The position numbers and the translations under genes were made by a program. Below, in pieces: positions 19,816 through 29,292 of a stretch of 64,000 bases of DNA (its first letter is position 1; the number at the start of each line of letters is the position of its first letter). Under the pieces are notes generated by a model. It had not been told where the DNA came from and ran no database searches. It was given only the letters and a program-made list of their open reading frames with translations. The DNA lies in assembly GCF_054482595.1 (NCBI RefSeq), contig NZ_CM137008.1. The stretch is one strand, 5' to 3'.

Positions 19816-21504
19816 TTGCAATTTGACTACATCATTATTGGTGCCGGCTCAGCCGGCAACGTTCTCGCTACCCGTCTGACTGAAGATCCGAATACCTCCG
19901 TGCTGCTGCTTGAAGCGGGCGGCCCGGACTATCGCTTTGACTTCCGCACCCAGATGCCCGCAGCGCTGGCGTTCCCACTACAGGGCAAACGCTACAACTG
20001 GGCCTATGAAACAGAGCCTGAACCGTTTATGAATAACCGCCGCATGGAGTGCGGACGCGGTAAAGGCCTGGGTGGATCGTCGCTGATCAACGGCATGTGC
20101 TACATCCGTGGCAATGCGCTGGATCTCGATAACTGGGCGCAAGAACCCGGTCTGGAGAACTGGAGTTATCTCGACTGCCTGCCCTACTACCGCAAGGCCG
20201 AGACTCGCGATGTGGGCGAGAACGACTACCACGGTGGCGATGGCCCGGTGAGCGTCACCACCTCCAAACCCGGCGTCAATCCGCTGTTTGAAGCGATGAT
20301 TGAAGCGGGCGTGCAGGCAGGCTACCCGCGCACGGACGATCTCAACGGCTATCAGCAGGAAGGTTTTGGCCCGATGGATCGCACCGTCACGCCGCAGGGC
20401 CGTCGCGCCAGTACCGCGCGCGGTTATCTCGATCAGGCCAAATCGCGCCCTAACCTGACCATTCGTACTCACGCTATGACCGATCACATCATTTTTGACG
20501 GCAAACGCGCGGTGGGCGTCGAATGGCTGGAAGGCGACAGCACCATCCCAACCCGCGCAACGGCCAACAAAGAAGTGCTGTTATGTGCAGGCGCGATTGC
20601 CTCACCGCAGATCCTGCAACGCTCCGGCGTCGGCAACGCTGAACTGCTGGCGGAGTTTGATATTCCGCTGGTGCATGAATTACCCGGCGTCGGCGAAAAT
20701 CTTCAGGATCATCTGGAGATGTATCTGCAATATGAGTGCAAAGAACCGGTTTCCCTCTACCCTGCACTGCAGTGGTGGAACCAACCGAAAATCGGTGCGG
20801 AGTGGCTGTTTGGCGGCACTGGCGTTGGTGCCAGCAACCACTTTGAAGCAGGTGGATTTATTCGCAGCCGTGAGGAATTTGCGTGGCCGAATATTCAGTA
20901 CCATTTCCTGCCAGTAGCGATTAACTATAACGGCTCGAATGCAGTGAAAGAGCACGGTTTCCAGTGCCACGTCGGCTCAATGCGCTCGCCAAGCCGTGGG
21001 CATGTGCGGATTAAATCCCGCGACCCGCACCAGCATCCGGCGATTCTGTTTAACTACATGTCGCACGAGCAGGACTGGCAGGAGTTCCGCGACGCAATTC
21101 GCATCACCCGCGAGATCATGCATCAACCCGCGCTGGATCAGTATCGTGGCCGCGAAATCAGCCCCGGCACGGAATGTCAGACGGATGAACAGCTCGATGA
21201 GTTCGTGCGTAACCACGCCGAAACCGCCTTCCATCCGTGCGGTACCTGCAAAATGGGTTACGACGAGATGTCCGTGGTTGACGGCGAAGGCCGCGTACAC
21301 GGGTTAGAAGGCCTGCGTGTGGTGGATGCGTCGATTATGCCGCAGATTATCACCGGGAATTTGAACGCCACGACAATTATGATTGGCGAGAAAATAGCGG
21401 ATATGATTCGTGGACAGGAAGCGCTGCCGAGGAGCACGGCGGGATATTTTGTGGCAAATGGGATGCCGGTGAGAGCGAAAAAAATGAGTCGTGATTTGAA
21501 CTGA
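19816..21504 (+). CDS. betA: choline dehydrogenase (GMC oxidoreductase), 556 aa from a TTG start at the conserved MQFDYIIIG position
   Basis: FAD-binding GxGxxG (IIGAGSAGN); AGGAGG ribosome-binding site at 19805-19810; upstream in-frame ATG at 19771 would overlap betB. Confidence 0.93.
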   Translation: MQFDYIIIGAGSAGNVLATRLTEDPNTSVLLLEAGGPDYRFDFRTQMPAALAFPLQGKRYNWAYETEPEPFMNNRRMECGRGKGLGGSSLINGMCYIRGNALDLDNWAQEPGLENWSYLDCLPYYRKAETRDVGENDYHGGDGPVSVTTSKPGVNPLFEAMIEAGVQAGYPRTDDLNGYQQEGFGPMDRTVTPQGRRASTARGYLDQAKSRPNLTIRTHAMTDHIIFDGKRAVGVEWLEGDSTIPTRATANKEVLLCAGAIASPQILQRSGVGNAELLAEFDIPLVHELPGVGENLQDHLEMYLQYECKEPVSLYPALQWWNQPKIGAEWLFGGTGVGASNHFEAGGFIRSREEFAWPNIQYHFLPVAINYNGSNAVKEHGFQCHVGSMRSPSRGHVRIKSRDPHQHPAILFNYMSHEQDWQEFRDAIRITREIMHQPALDQYRGREISPGTECQTDEQLDEFVRNHAETAFHPCGTCKMGYDEMSVVDGEGRVHGLEGLRVVDASIMPQIITGNLNATTIMIGEKIADMIRGQEALPRSTAGYFVANGMPVRAKKMSRDLN

Positions 21505-22559
21505 CTCAGGAACCGATCAGATTGAGAGTTACCGTTCCAGGTATGGGGACAGAATCGTTATATAAAACATAGGGGTAACTCTCATGCTTCATAGTGACAA
21601 CCTCGCCAGCAAATTCTAAGCTGACTCGTTCAATCTCGCTGATGAAGGTGCTATGAATGCACTGATAAACCGCAGGTGAAATGCCACTCAGCTTAAGAAT
21701 TACGCCGCTAGTGTTCCTGGCTATGGTGACTTGTTCACTCCCGCTCACGGTTAGCATATACGAAAAGGGTTCTTGTAACGAGGACAAAAATAAGTCAGAC
21801 CAAAACAACGTGGAGCTTTAAACACAATTCGTATAATTTATTAACAGTGATTTATTTTTACTCTTCTTTAATTAATCATCATGCTTAAATATTTTTTAGC
21901 ACAAGATTATCGCTTCGCTAACATTTTAGTTTACATTGATTTCCAATTGATAATAAAAAGTTGTTAATAAGTTTATGCGAAAAATAAAAATTGTTGAAAT
22001 ACTCTCCAGCAAATGAATCAAAAATAAACAAATTAATATTTACAAAAAGCAAAAAACTATTTAAGAGAACATCTTTAATTTATTAGCAGAACCCATCAAT
22101 AATGATTTACTTACGACTAAAAAATATCTTACAACAATGTGTTATTGTAAATTAACGGGAATGATATTAAATTTTTATTTTCTACACCACAACTTCATTG
22201 AACGACAAAATGCATATAAAATCAATAAGATAAATAATAAAGACAACCTCATAAGAAATAACGTCAAATATCTCAAAACTACTAAACATCACTAAAACAT
22301 TAGACGTAACACACATCCCCCACGCCCTGTAATTCATAGCTTTTATATTTATTTTTTCACATCAATGTAGATAAAAACACGCATTAAAAATGGCTTGTAG
22401 AAAAGCAGCACAATAAATAGTTCATATTTAGTCTATTGCGTAGAACTACTATTCAAAAAATCTTATTAATGAGATAATGAGATTACATCGATAACGTTCT
22501 GATTGCAGGCATACTTATCTGGGTGTGCCTCTCTTTTTTACAACTGTACACGGTGGCGT

Positions 22560-23123
22560 ATGACGAGAAAATATCTCACACAGGATGAAGTCTACAGGCT
22601 GATGGATGCAGCCCAGAGCATGTCCTTTCCTGAAAGAAATCGCTGTCTAATTATGATGGCTTTCATTCACGGTTTTAGGGCCAGTGAACTTCTTGATTTA
22701 CGTTTATCCGATATTGATGCATCAGGAAAACAACTTAATATTCGGCGGATTAAAAATGGTTTCTCGACAACACATCCTCTTCTTCCTGATGAATATAATT
22801 TGATCAAGTTGTGGCTTAAGCAGAGGAAGTTAATTGAAAACGGAGTTGAAGGAGACTGGCTTTTTCTCTCCCGGAAACGCCGCCCTATCAGCAGACAACA
22901 TTTTTTTTCTATCATTCGTGAGGCTGGAAGACGTGCAGGATTAGCTGTAAAAGCACATCCTCATATGTTACGTCATGCCTGTGGTTTTGCTCTGGCTGAC
23001 AATGGTGTCGATACCCGACTACTTCAGGATTATCTGGGTCATCGAAATATCCAGCATACTGTCAGATACACAGCCAGTAATGCTGCTCGATTTAAAGGGG
23101 TGTGGAAAAAAAAGCCTCGTTAA
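22560..23123 (+). CDS. FimB/FimE-family tyrosine site-specific recombinase, 187 aa (ORF extends to a TTG at 22503)
   Basis: Aligns along its length with FimB/FimE: FIHGFRASE, GFSTTHPLL, HPHMLRHACGFALA, LQDYLGHRNIQHTVRYT (catalytic R/H/R/Y region). Resembles the recombinase ipuA of the reported ipuS locus. Confidence 0.85.
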   Translation: MTRKYLTQDEVYRLMDAAQSMSFPERNRCLIMMAFIHGFRASELLDLRLSDIDASGKQLNIRRIKNGFSTTHPLLPDEYNLIKLWLKQRKLIENGVEGDWLFLSRKRRPISRQHFFSIIREAGRRAGLAVKAHPHMLRHACGFALADNGVDTRLLQDYLGHRNIQHTVRYTASNAARFKGVWKKKPR

Positions 23124-23135
23124 AACAGTACCTTC

Positions 23136-23151
23136 TGATTCAAAATGTCAG
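23136..23151. repeat. left inverted repeat of candidate invertible element (tgattcaaaatgtcag)
   Basis: Exact reverse complement of 23399-23414; begins 13 bp after the recombinase stop codon. Confidence 0.8.
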
Positions 23152-23398
23152 ATTCCTACGTTTTCCTCAATTCTTCCATAAAAAAACAGCCCATTCAATT
23201 CAATAAAACACATAACATGTTGATATTTCTCGCTAAAGTAAAATAACCCCATGATTTGAAATGATTAACCGCCAAGGTCATACCAGTGATTAACTTTCAC
23301 TCATGTTGTTAACATGCAACCAAATTAAAAACAATAAAAATCAAACAAATTAGATTTATATTCCAAGAAAATTAAATATTCAGGCAATTAAACCAAAC

Positions 23399-23414
23399 CT
23401 GACATTTTGAATCA
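23399..23414. repeat. right inverted repeat of candidate invertible element (ctgacattttgaatca), embedded in a 39-bp perfect palindrome (23392-23430)
   Basis: Exact reverse complement of the left repeat; lies 40 bp upstream of the LuxR-type gene start. Confidence 0.8.
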
Positions 23415-23453
23415 AAATGTCAGGTTTGGTAGCAATGGCGTGGACGAGTCTGA

Positions 23454-24248
23454 ATGAAGAAGCCTCTGGTTATTATCAGTGCCTGTCAGTTCACCAGGCT
23501 GGCACTGGAGTCTCTCATCCCAACGGACAGGTATCTCGTGCGGGTGTACAGCAACGTCACTACAGAGGTTGAATTCATTTTAAAGACCTCCTGTGGCTAC
23601 CTGTTAGCTGATATCCCTTCGCTTCCTTCGGGGGAGTTGGTTCTTCTGGCTTGTCTTGTCCGCTTGCGGAGTGATGCCGGGCAATGGCAGGTCTGCCTGA
23701 CCGGTGACTCCGACTGGTTCGATAATGCTCCTGCTGCAAGTCTGTACTATGGCTTCCCACGCATAAGCACCCTGCTGACAGCGAGTCGTTATCAGAATCA
23801 AATTATCCGCTGGTTACTACGTCCTTTGCCCGGCGATATGAGTGATTTCTGGCTGCTGACTGCACGGGAGTTGAGCGTGCTTAAGATTCTGATGCAGGGC
23901 ATGAGTTTCAGTGAGATTGCCCGTTATGAACAACGCAGTTCAAAGACCCTGCATGCGATTGCCACACGGGCATTAATGAAACTTGGACTGGGAACTCTGA
24001 GCGATTTCAGGCTGCTCTATACGGGATGCGGTGACAGCAGAGTGAAACGGAATATACGGCTACATGCAAGATATGTCGGACAACATTCCGCTCATCGACT
24101 CACTCAGTATGTGCAGAACATGGTATCCGGAATTCTTTATCCAGAGAAAGTTGCCGTTGGTGAATCAATAAATTCTGACGCCATATCCGGAAAAGTACTT
24201 TCCGGACAAAGAAAAAATATGTCTAAAAAAAGACCAGGATTGTTATGA
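23454..24248 (+). CDS. LuxR/FixJ-family transcriptional regulator, 264 aa
   Basis: C-terminal LuxR HTH (LTARELSVLKILMQGMSFSEIARYEQRSSKTLHAIATRALMKLGL); N-terminal region resembles a receiver-like domain without an obvious phospho-acceptor context; first gene downstream of the switch. Resembles ipuR. Confidence 0.75.
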   Translation: MKKPLVIISACQFTRLALESLIPTDRYLVRVYSNVTTEVEFILKTSCGYLLADIPSLPSGELVLLACLVRLRSDAGQWQVCLTGDSDWFDNAPAASLYYGFPRISTLLTASRYQNQIIRWLLRPLPGDMSDFWLLTARELSVLKILMQGMSFSEIARYEQRSSKTLHAIATRALMKLGLGTLSDFRLLYTGCGDSRVKRNIRLHARYVGQHSAHRLTQYVQNMVSGILYPEKVAVGESINSDAISGKVLSGQRKNMSKKRPGLL

Positions 24249-24401
24249 CACAGCAGCGTTGTTACTACCCCCCACTGCGGCGCATACGGACTCGCTACAG
24301 TGTAGGAGCCAAAATATTTCTACTGCTCTGGGCTGCAGGATTGGGAGGCACGCTGTACAGCCTGTACAGCGTGCTGGCGTACTGACATCTGTGAGGGAAG
24401 G

Positions 24402-25163
24402 ATGCGTTTCGTTCTTTTCTGTCCCTCAGGAATCGTACCAGCGCAGTTCGTAGCTCTATCAACCGGTTCTGTCGGCAATGTTACCTGCATCAAAACAGAA
24501 GAGGAGTTACGCAATAAATTGCGGCACAGGCCACAGAGTGTCGTGATATCGGCAGGGCGACCTGCCGAATGCGCTGAAATGTGGTTCCGATTTTATCGGG
24601 ATCACTCATTCGTGGTGGTGTTGTGCGTCGCGCCCTTTTTTCTGCCACCGGATGTGAGTATTTCTGGCGTTCTCAAAAACCTGAGGTTACTGAAACCAGG
24701 AATGTCAGTAGAGCATGTCATCAGTATTGCAAATACCTCTGGTGGGTTTTCAGGGCTGAAACATGCAGAAATTTTGCCAGTTATGGACAGTTACTCTGTC
24801 TTTATGAAAGAGGTGAATAACCGCACAAAGACAATCGTCATGTCAGAACGCTTCCCGGAAAAGCAAAAGAAGGTGTTGTCGTTGCTTCTTGCCGGACACA
24901 GCTGGGAATACAGTGCGCAGTTTCTCAAAACGGGGATAAGACAGATATGGCTTGCCGAGCAGTCGCTAAAAAAGCGTTGGGGAATACCGGACAGCATGTC
25001 ATTGCGGGAAGCCCTGCTGCTGAGCAGCAATAAATTTCACGGTGATGGAAATGCATTGGAAAAAACGAATGCCATGACATTGCGTGAAAACGGAAATACC
25101 AACAGGTATTCCGTGGTGGTAAATGCAGGGACGCAGGCTTTATCTCTGCATAAATATAAATAA
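24402..25163 (+). CDS. second putative LuxR-type regulator, 253 aa (start uncertain)
   Basis: C-terminal segment KQKKVLSLLLAGHSWEYSAQFLKTGIRQIWLAEQSLKKRWGI resembles a LuxR-type HTH; N-terminal half has no recognisable domain. Confidence 0.5.
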   Translation: MRFVLFCPSGIVPAQFVALSTGSVGNVTCIKTEEELRNKLRHRPQSVVISAGRPAECAEMWFRFYRDHSFVVVLCVAPFFLPPDVSISGVLKNLRLLKPGMSVEHVISIANTSGGFSGLKHAEILPVMDSYSVFMKEVNNRTKTIVMSERFPEKQKKVLSLLLAGHSWEYSAQFLKTGIRQIWLAEQSLKKRWGIPDSMSLREALLLSSNKFHGDGNALEKTNAMTLRENGNTNRYSVVVNAGTQALSLHKYK

Positions 25164-25204
25164 GTGGGAAATTGAAATTAGTTACCAGAATGGAGAATTT
25201 CTTC

Positions 25205-27502
25205 ATGAAAAACAATAAGGCATTTTACCGCAGCGCATTAGCGACAGCTATTGTTATGGCTCTTTCTGCACCAGCATTCGCTGCTGATAACGCGGTATCA
25301 ACTACACCGGTTACATTGGATAAAGATAAGACAACTCTGGATCAGGATGTTGTTATTAACGGTGATAAAAAGATTACAGCCGTAACAATTGAAACGTCAG
25401 ATTCAGATAAAGACCTTAATGTTACTTTTGGTGGTCATGATATTACCGCCGCATCAACGGTAAACCAAGATTTCGTTGAAGGTGTAAAAGTTAGCGGTAA
25501 CAAAAATGTTGTGATTAATGCTACAGGCTCCACCATCACAGCTCAAGGTGAAGGTACCTATGTCCGAACTGCAATGGTCATTTCTTCAACAGGCGATGTT
25601 GTTGTTAATGGCGGTAACTTTGTTGCAAAAAATGAAAAAAGTAGTGCGACAGGTATATCTCTGGAAGCGACCACGGGAAATAATTTAACGCTAAATGGTA
25701 CAACCATAAATGCTCAAGGTAATAAGAGTTCCAGCAACGGCTCTACGGCAATTTTTGCTCAAAAGGGTAGCGTATTGAATGGTTTTAACGGTGATGCAAC
25801 CGACAACATTACCCTTGCTGGATCAAATATTATTAATGGCCGGATTGAAACAATACTTATTGCCAAGGAGAATACGGGAACTCATACAGTCAATCTGAAT
25901 ATTAAGGATGACTCAGTAATTGGGGCGGCTAATAATAAACAAACAATTTATGCCTCTGCTTCGGCACAAGGAGCAGGTTCAGCAACGCAAAATTTAAATT
26001 TATCTGTCGCCGATTCAACCATCTACTCTGATATCCATACCCTTTCTGCAAGCGAGAATTCAGCCGGTACCACAACAAATGTAAACATGAACGTTGCCCG
26101 CTCTTACTGGGAAGGTAATGCTTATACCTTCAATAGCGGCGATAAAGCGGGTAGTAAACTGGATATAAATCTTTCCGATGGTTCAGTCTGGAAAGGCAAA
26201 GTTTCAGGGGCAGGAGATGCCAACGTATCTCTGCAAAACGGGTCTGTCTGGAATGTTACGGGATCCTCAACTGTTGATGCTCTGGCAGTAAAAGACAGTG
26301 CGGTTAATATCACGAAGGCTACAGTCAATACTGGCACGTTTGCTTCTCAAAACGGCACGCTGATTGTTGATGCCTCTTCTGAAAACACCCTGGATATCAG
26401 CGGTAAAGCGAGCGGTAACTTGCGTGTTTACAGTGCGGGTTCATTGGATCCTATCAATGAACAAACGGCATTTATTTCTACCGGCAAAGACAGCACTCTA
26501 AAAGCCACAGGCACAACGGAAGGTGGTCTGTATCAATATGACCTGACACACGGAGCTGATGGTAACTTTTATTTCGTAAAAAACACGCATAAAGCATCCA
26601 ACGCCAGCTCCGTGATTCAGGCAATGGCAGCAGCTCCGGCTAACGTTGCTAATCTGCAGGCTGACACTCTCTCAGCCCGTCAGGATGCTGTCCGTCTGAG
26701 CGAAAATGACAAAGGTGGCGTATGGATTCAGTACTTTGGCGGTAAACAGAAACATACCACCGCGGGAAATGCATCCTATGACCTGGATGTAAACGGTGTA
26801 ATGCTGGGTGGTGATACCCGCTTCATGACTGAAGATGGTAGCTGGCTGGCCGGTGTGGCGATGTCTTCTGCGAAAGGTGACATGACCACCATGCAGAGCA
26901 AAGGTGACACTGAAGGTTACAGCTTCCACGCTTACCTGAGCCGCCAGTATAACAACGGTATCTTCATTGATACTGCTGCACAGTTTGGTCATTACAGCAA
27001 CACGGCAGATGTTCGCCTGATGAATGGTGGCGGTACCATCAAAGCTGACTTTAACACCAATGGTTTCGGTGCGATGGTTAAAGGCGGTTACACATGGAAA
27101 GACGGTAATGGCCTGTTTATTCAGCCATATGCCAAACTGTCTGCGCTGACTCTGGAAGGTGTGGATTATCAGCTCAACGGCGTGGACGTTCATTCTGACA
27201 GCTATAACTCTGTGTTGGGTGAGGCCGGTACGCGCGTGGGTTATGACTTCGCTGTGGGCAACGCGAGCGTTAAACCTTATCTGAATCTGGCCGCACTGAA
27301 CGAATTCTCTGATGGCAACAAAGTCCGTCTGGGTGATGAGTCTGTCAATGCCAGCATTGACGGTGCAGCATTCCGCGTGGGCGCAGGTGTACAGGCTGAT
27401 ATCACCAAAAACATGGGAGCATATGCAAGCCTTGACTACACCAAAGGTGACGACATTGAGAACCCGCTACAGGGTGTAGTTGGTATCAATGTGACCTGGT
27501 AA
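25205..27502 (+). CDS. AIDA-I/Ag43-type autotransporter adhesin, 765 aa (ORF begins at 25172)
   Basis: Signal peptide MKNNKAFYRSALATAIVMALSAPAFA; repetitive Gly/Asn/Thr-rich passenger; C-terminal beta-barrel ending GVVGINVTW. Resembles upaE. Confidence 0.8.
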   Translation: MKNNKAFYRSALATAIVMALSAPAFAADNAVSTTPVTLDKDKTTLDQDVVINGDKKITAVTIETSDSDKDLNVTFGGHDITAASTVNQDFVEGVKVSGNKNVVINATGSTITAQGEGTYVRTAMVISSTGDVVVNGGNFVAKNEKSSATGISLEATTGNNLTLNGTTINAQGNKSSSNGSTAIFAQKGSVLNGFNGDATDNITLAGSNIINGRIETILIAKENTGTHTVNLNIKDDSVIGAANNKQTIYASASAQGAGSATQNLNLSVADSTIYSDIHTLSASENSAGTTTNVNMNVARSYWEGNAYTFNSGDKAGSKLDINLSDGSVWKGKVSGAGDANVSLQNGSVWNVTGSSTVDALAVKDSAVNITKATVNTGTFASQNGTLIVDASSENTLDISGKASGNLRVYSAGSLDPINEQTAFISTGKDSTLKATGTTEGGLYQYDLTHGADGNFYFVKNTHKASNASSVIQAMAAAPANVANLQADTLSARQDAVRLSENDKGGVWIQYFGGKQKHTTAGNASYDLDVNGVMLGGDTRFMTEDGSWLAGVAMSSAKGDMTTMQSKGDTEGYSFHAYLSRQYNNGIFIDTAAQFGHYSNTADVRLMNGGGTIKADFNTNGFGAMVKGGYTWKDGNGLFIQPYAKLSALTLEGVDYQLNGVDVHSDSYNSVLGEAGTRVGYDFAVGNASVKPYLNLAALNEFSDGNKVRLGDESVNASIDGAAFRVGAGVQADITKNMGAYASLDYTKGDDIENPLQGVVGINVTW

Positions 27503-27540
27503 GAATAAAGCAGTCGGTTCCCCTGTCGGCTGTTATACCC

Positions 27541-27605
27541 CCTGCAGGCAGCAGTATGCTGCCTGCAGGCTATAAATATCCAGTATTCATGATGCTGGTT
27601 TTTTG
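27541..27605 (+). terminator. candidate intrinsic terminator downstream of the autotransporter gene
   Basis: 12-bp stem cctgcaggcagc/gctgcctgcagg with 5-nt loop at 27541-27569, then a short second stem and a T6 run at 27599-27604. Confidence 0.45.
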
Positions 27606-27685
27606 CTGATATTTAACCCGAACATTCCTGATACAGACTATTAATACAACCTTATCTGCGACAGATTTCATTTTCTGGATATATT

Positions 27686-28354
27686 ATGAATGAACAAATC
27701 AAACAGGATATCGATCTGATTGAGATTTTATTTTATCTGAAGAAAAAGATTCGTGTTATCCTTTTTATTATGGCTATCTGTATGGCAATGGTGCTGTTGT
27801 TTCTGTATATCAATAAAGACAATATAAAAGTGATTTACAGCCTAAAAATAAACCAGACAACACCCGGCATACTTGTTAACTGTGATAGCAATAATAACTT
27901 TGCCTGTCAGACCACAATGACTGAAGATGTTATTCAGCGAATTACTACATTTTTTCAGACCAGCCCAGATGTCAAGAACAGAGAAATAAAGCTGGAATGG
28001 TCAGGAGATAAGAGAGATTTACCAACTGCTGAAGCGGAAATATCTCGCGTGCAGGCGTCTATTATCAAATGGTATGCGTCAGAATACCATAATGGCAGGC
28101 AAGTTCTTGATGAGATACAAACGCCTTCAGCAATTAACAGTGAGCTTTATACAAAAATGATATACCTGACCAGGAACTGGTCATTGTATCCGAACGGTGA
28201 TGGCTGTGTAACTATAAGCTCACCAGAAATAAAACATAAATACCCTGCTGCCATTTGCCTGGCTCTGGGATTTTTTCTAAGCATTGTGATTTCTGTAATG
28301 TTTTGCCTTGTCAAAAAAATGGTAGATGAATACCAACAAAACTCTGGGCAGTAA
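27686..28354 (+). CDS. ykgH: inner membrane protein, 222 aa
   Basis: N-terminal transmembrane helix (VILFIMAICMAMVLLFLYI) and C-terminal hydrophobic segment; position next to ykgG; length matches recollection of YkgH. Confidence 0.6.
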   Translation: MNEQIKQDIDLIEILFYLKKKIRVILFIMAICMAMVLLFLYINKDNIKVIYSLKINQTTPGILVNCDSNNNFACQTTMTEDVIQRITTFFQTSPDVKNREIKLEWSGDKRDLPTAEAEISRVQASIIKWYASEYHNGRQVLDEIQTPSAINSELYTKMIYLTRNWSLYPNGDGCVTISSPEIKHKYPAAICLALGFFLSIVISVMFCLVKKMVDEYQQNSGQ

Positions 28355-28596
28355 TAAACAGCATTCTGATAGAGAGTGCCTGTATAAAGCTGAAGTGACA
28401 ATGACCGGGAAGGGAACCCGTTTTCAGGAATGGATGCCTGTCTTTTTCACTGTAAATATCCTGGCATTAGTAATGCCAGGATATTTACAGAAGAGGAGCA
28501 TAACCATGACGGAACGGGGTTAAGTCAGGTTGTCCTTAACGCTATTTTCAACCTCGTATGCCTTCTTCAGGTTTATGTCCAGACTTCATACCTCTC

Positions 28597-29292
28597 TCAG
28601 CAATCCTCAATAATCAGATACACCGCTTTCACCGGACCATGAACCCCGACGACTTTGATAAGCTCAATGTCCGCCGTTGAGCTGGGACCACTGATGATGT
28701 TAATACATGACGGCATGCATTCACCGGCCTGCGCTTTCTGATGCAATCTTTCTGCGAGTTGCGCTACACGCGGCAGAATAGTGCTTTTACGCAGGATAAA
28801 AAGAGATGATTCCGGGAGCAGGCTCAATGAACGCCCACGCTCGGCGGCGGAAAAAAGAACCACGCCTCCCGATTCGGTTAAACCATATTCAGCATACACG
28901 ACACCCACTTTAGCCTGCTCTGCCTGCGAGATATTCTCGGCACCTTTCGCCGGATCCCAAACAACGGCATTGCATTCCTGCTGCAAACGTTCGCTAATCC
29001 CTAATTCCTCCAGCCTCGTGTCACCGCTAATCACGACCGACTGATCTCCCAGCTCTTTACACAGTCGTATTGCAGCTTCTGCCGCCTTCGCCTCGCTGGT
29101 CAGTTCACAGCGCGTCAACATAACATCGCTGGCAAACTGAATAAACGCGTCACAGCGCTGCTGTTGGTTAAGTTCGGTAAGCCGCTCGTTAGCATAGTTG
29201 TTAAGCGGCGCATCTTCTGCTTGCGGTTCAAGTCGCAGCGGGCGACCCAGTGCCTGAGCAACGTTATTCAAAAATTCGCCTCGATTATCCAT
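28597..29292 (-). CDS. ykgG: LutC-like lactate utilization protein, 231 aa
   Basis: Starts MDNRGEFLNNVAQALGRP at an internal Met of the six-frame ORF; overlaps ykgF stop by 8 nt; final gene of the ykgEFG string. Confidence 0.8.
   Translation of the reverse strand: MDNRGEFLNNVAQALGRPLRLEPQAEDAPLNNYANERLTELNQQQRCDAFIQFASDVMLTRCELTSEAKAAEAAIRLCKELGDQSVVISGDTRLEELGISERLQQECNAVVWDPAKGAENISQAEQAKVGVVYAEYGLTESGGVVLFSAAERGRSLSLLPESSLFILRKSTILPRVAQLAERLHQKAQAGECMPSCINIISGPSSTADIELIKVVGVHGPVKAVYLIIEDC

Larger units (their letters stand above)
23136..23414. promoter_or_regulatory. candidate invertible DNA switch (about 279 bp, fim-type) bounded by 16-bp perfect inverted repeats
   Basis: Inverted repeats at 23136-23151 and 23399-23414; AT-rich interior; flanked by a FimB/E-type recombinase upstream and a LuxR regulator plus autotransporter downstream; current ON/OFF state cannot be judged from sequence alone. 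Confidence 0.7.

Noticed and set aside
19978..21300. Minus-strand ORFs of 92-169 aa inside betA
   Set aside because: Antisense to betA; no start-site features.
22503..23123. Recombinase considered as a prophage integrase marking an integrated phage
   Set aside because: It is short (about 190 aa) and aligns with FimB/FimE-type invertases rather than large phage integrases. No tRNA, attachment-site repeats or phage structural genes are nearby, and the adjacent inverted repeats fit an inversion switch.
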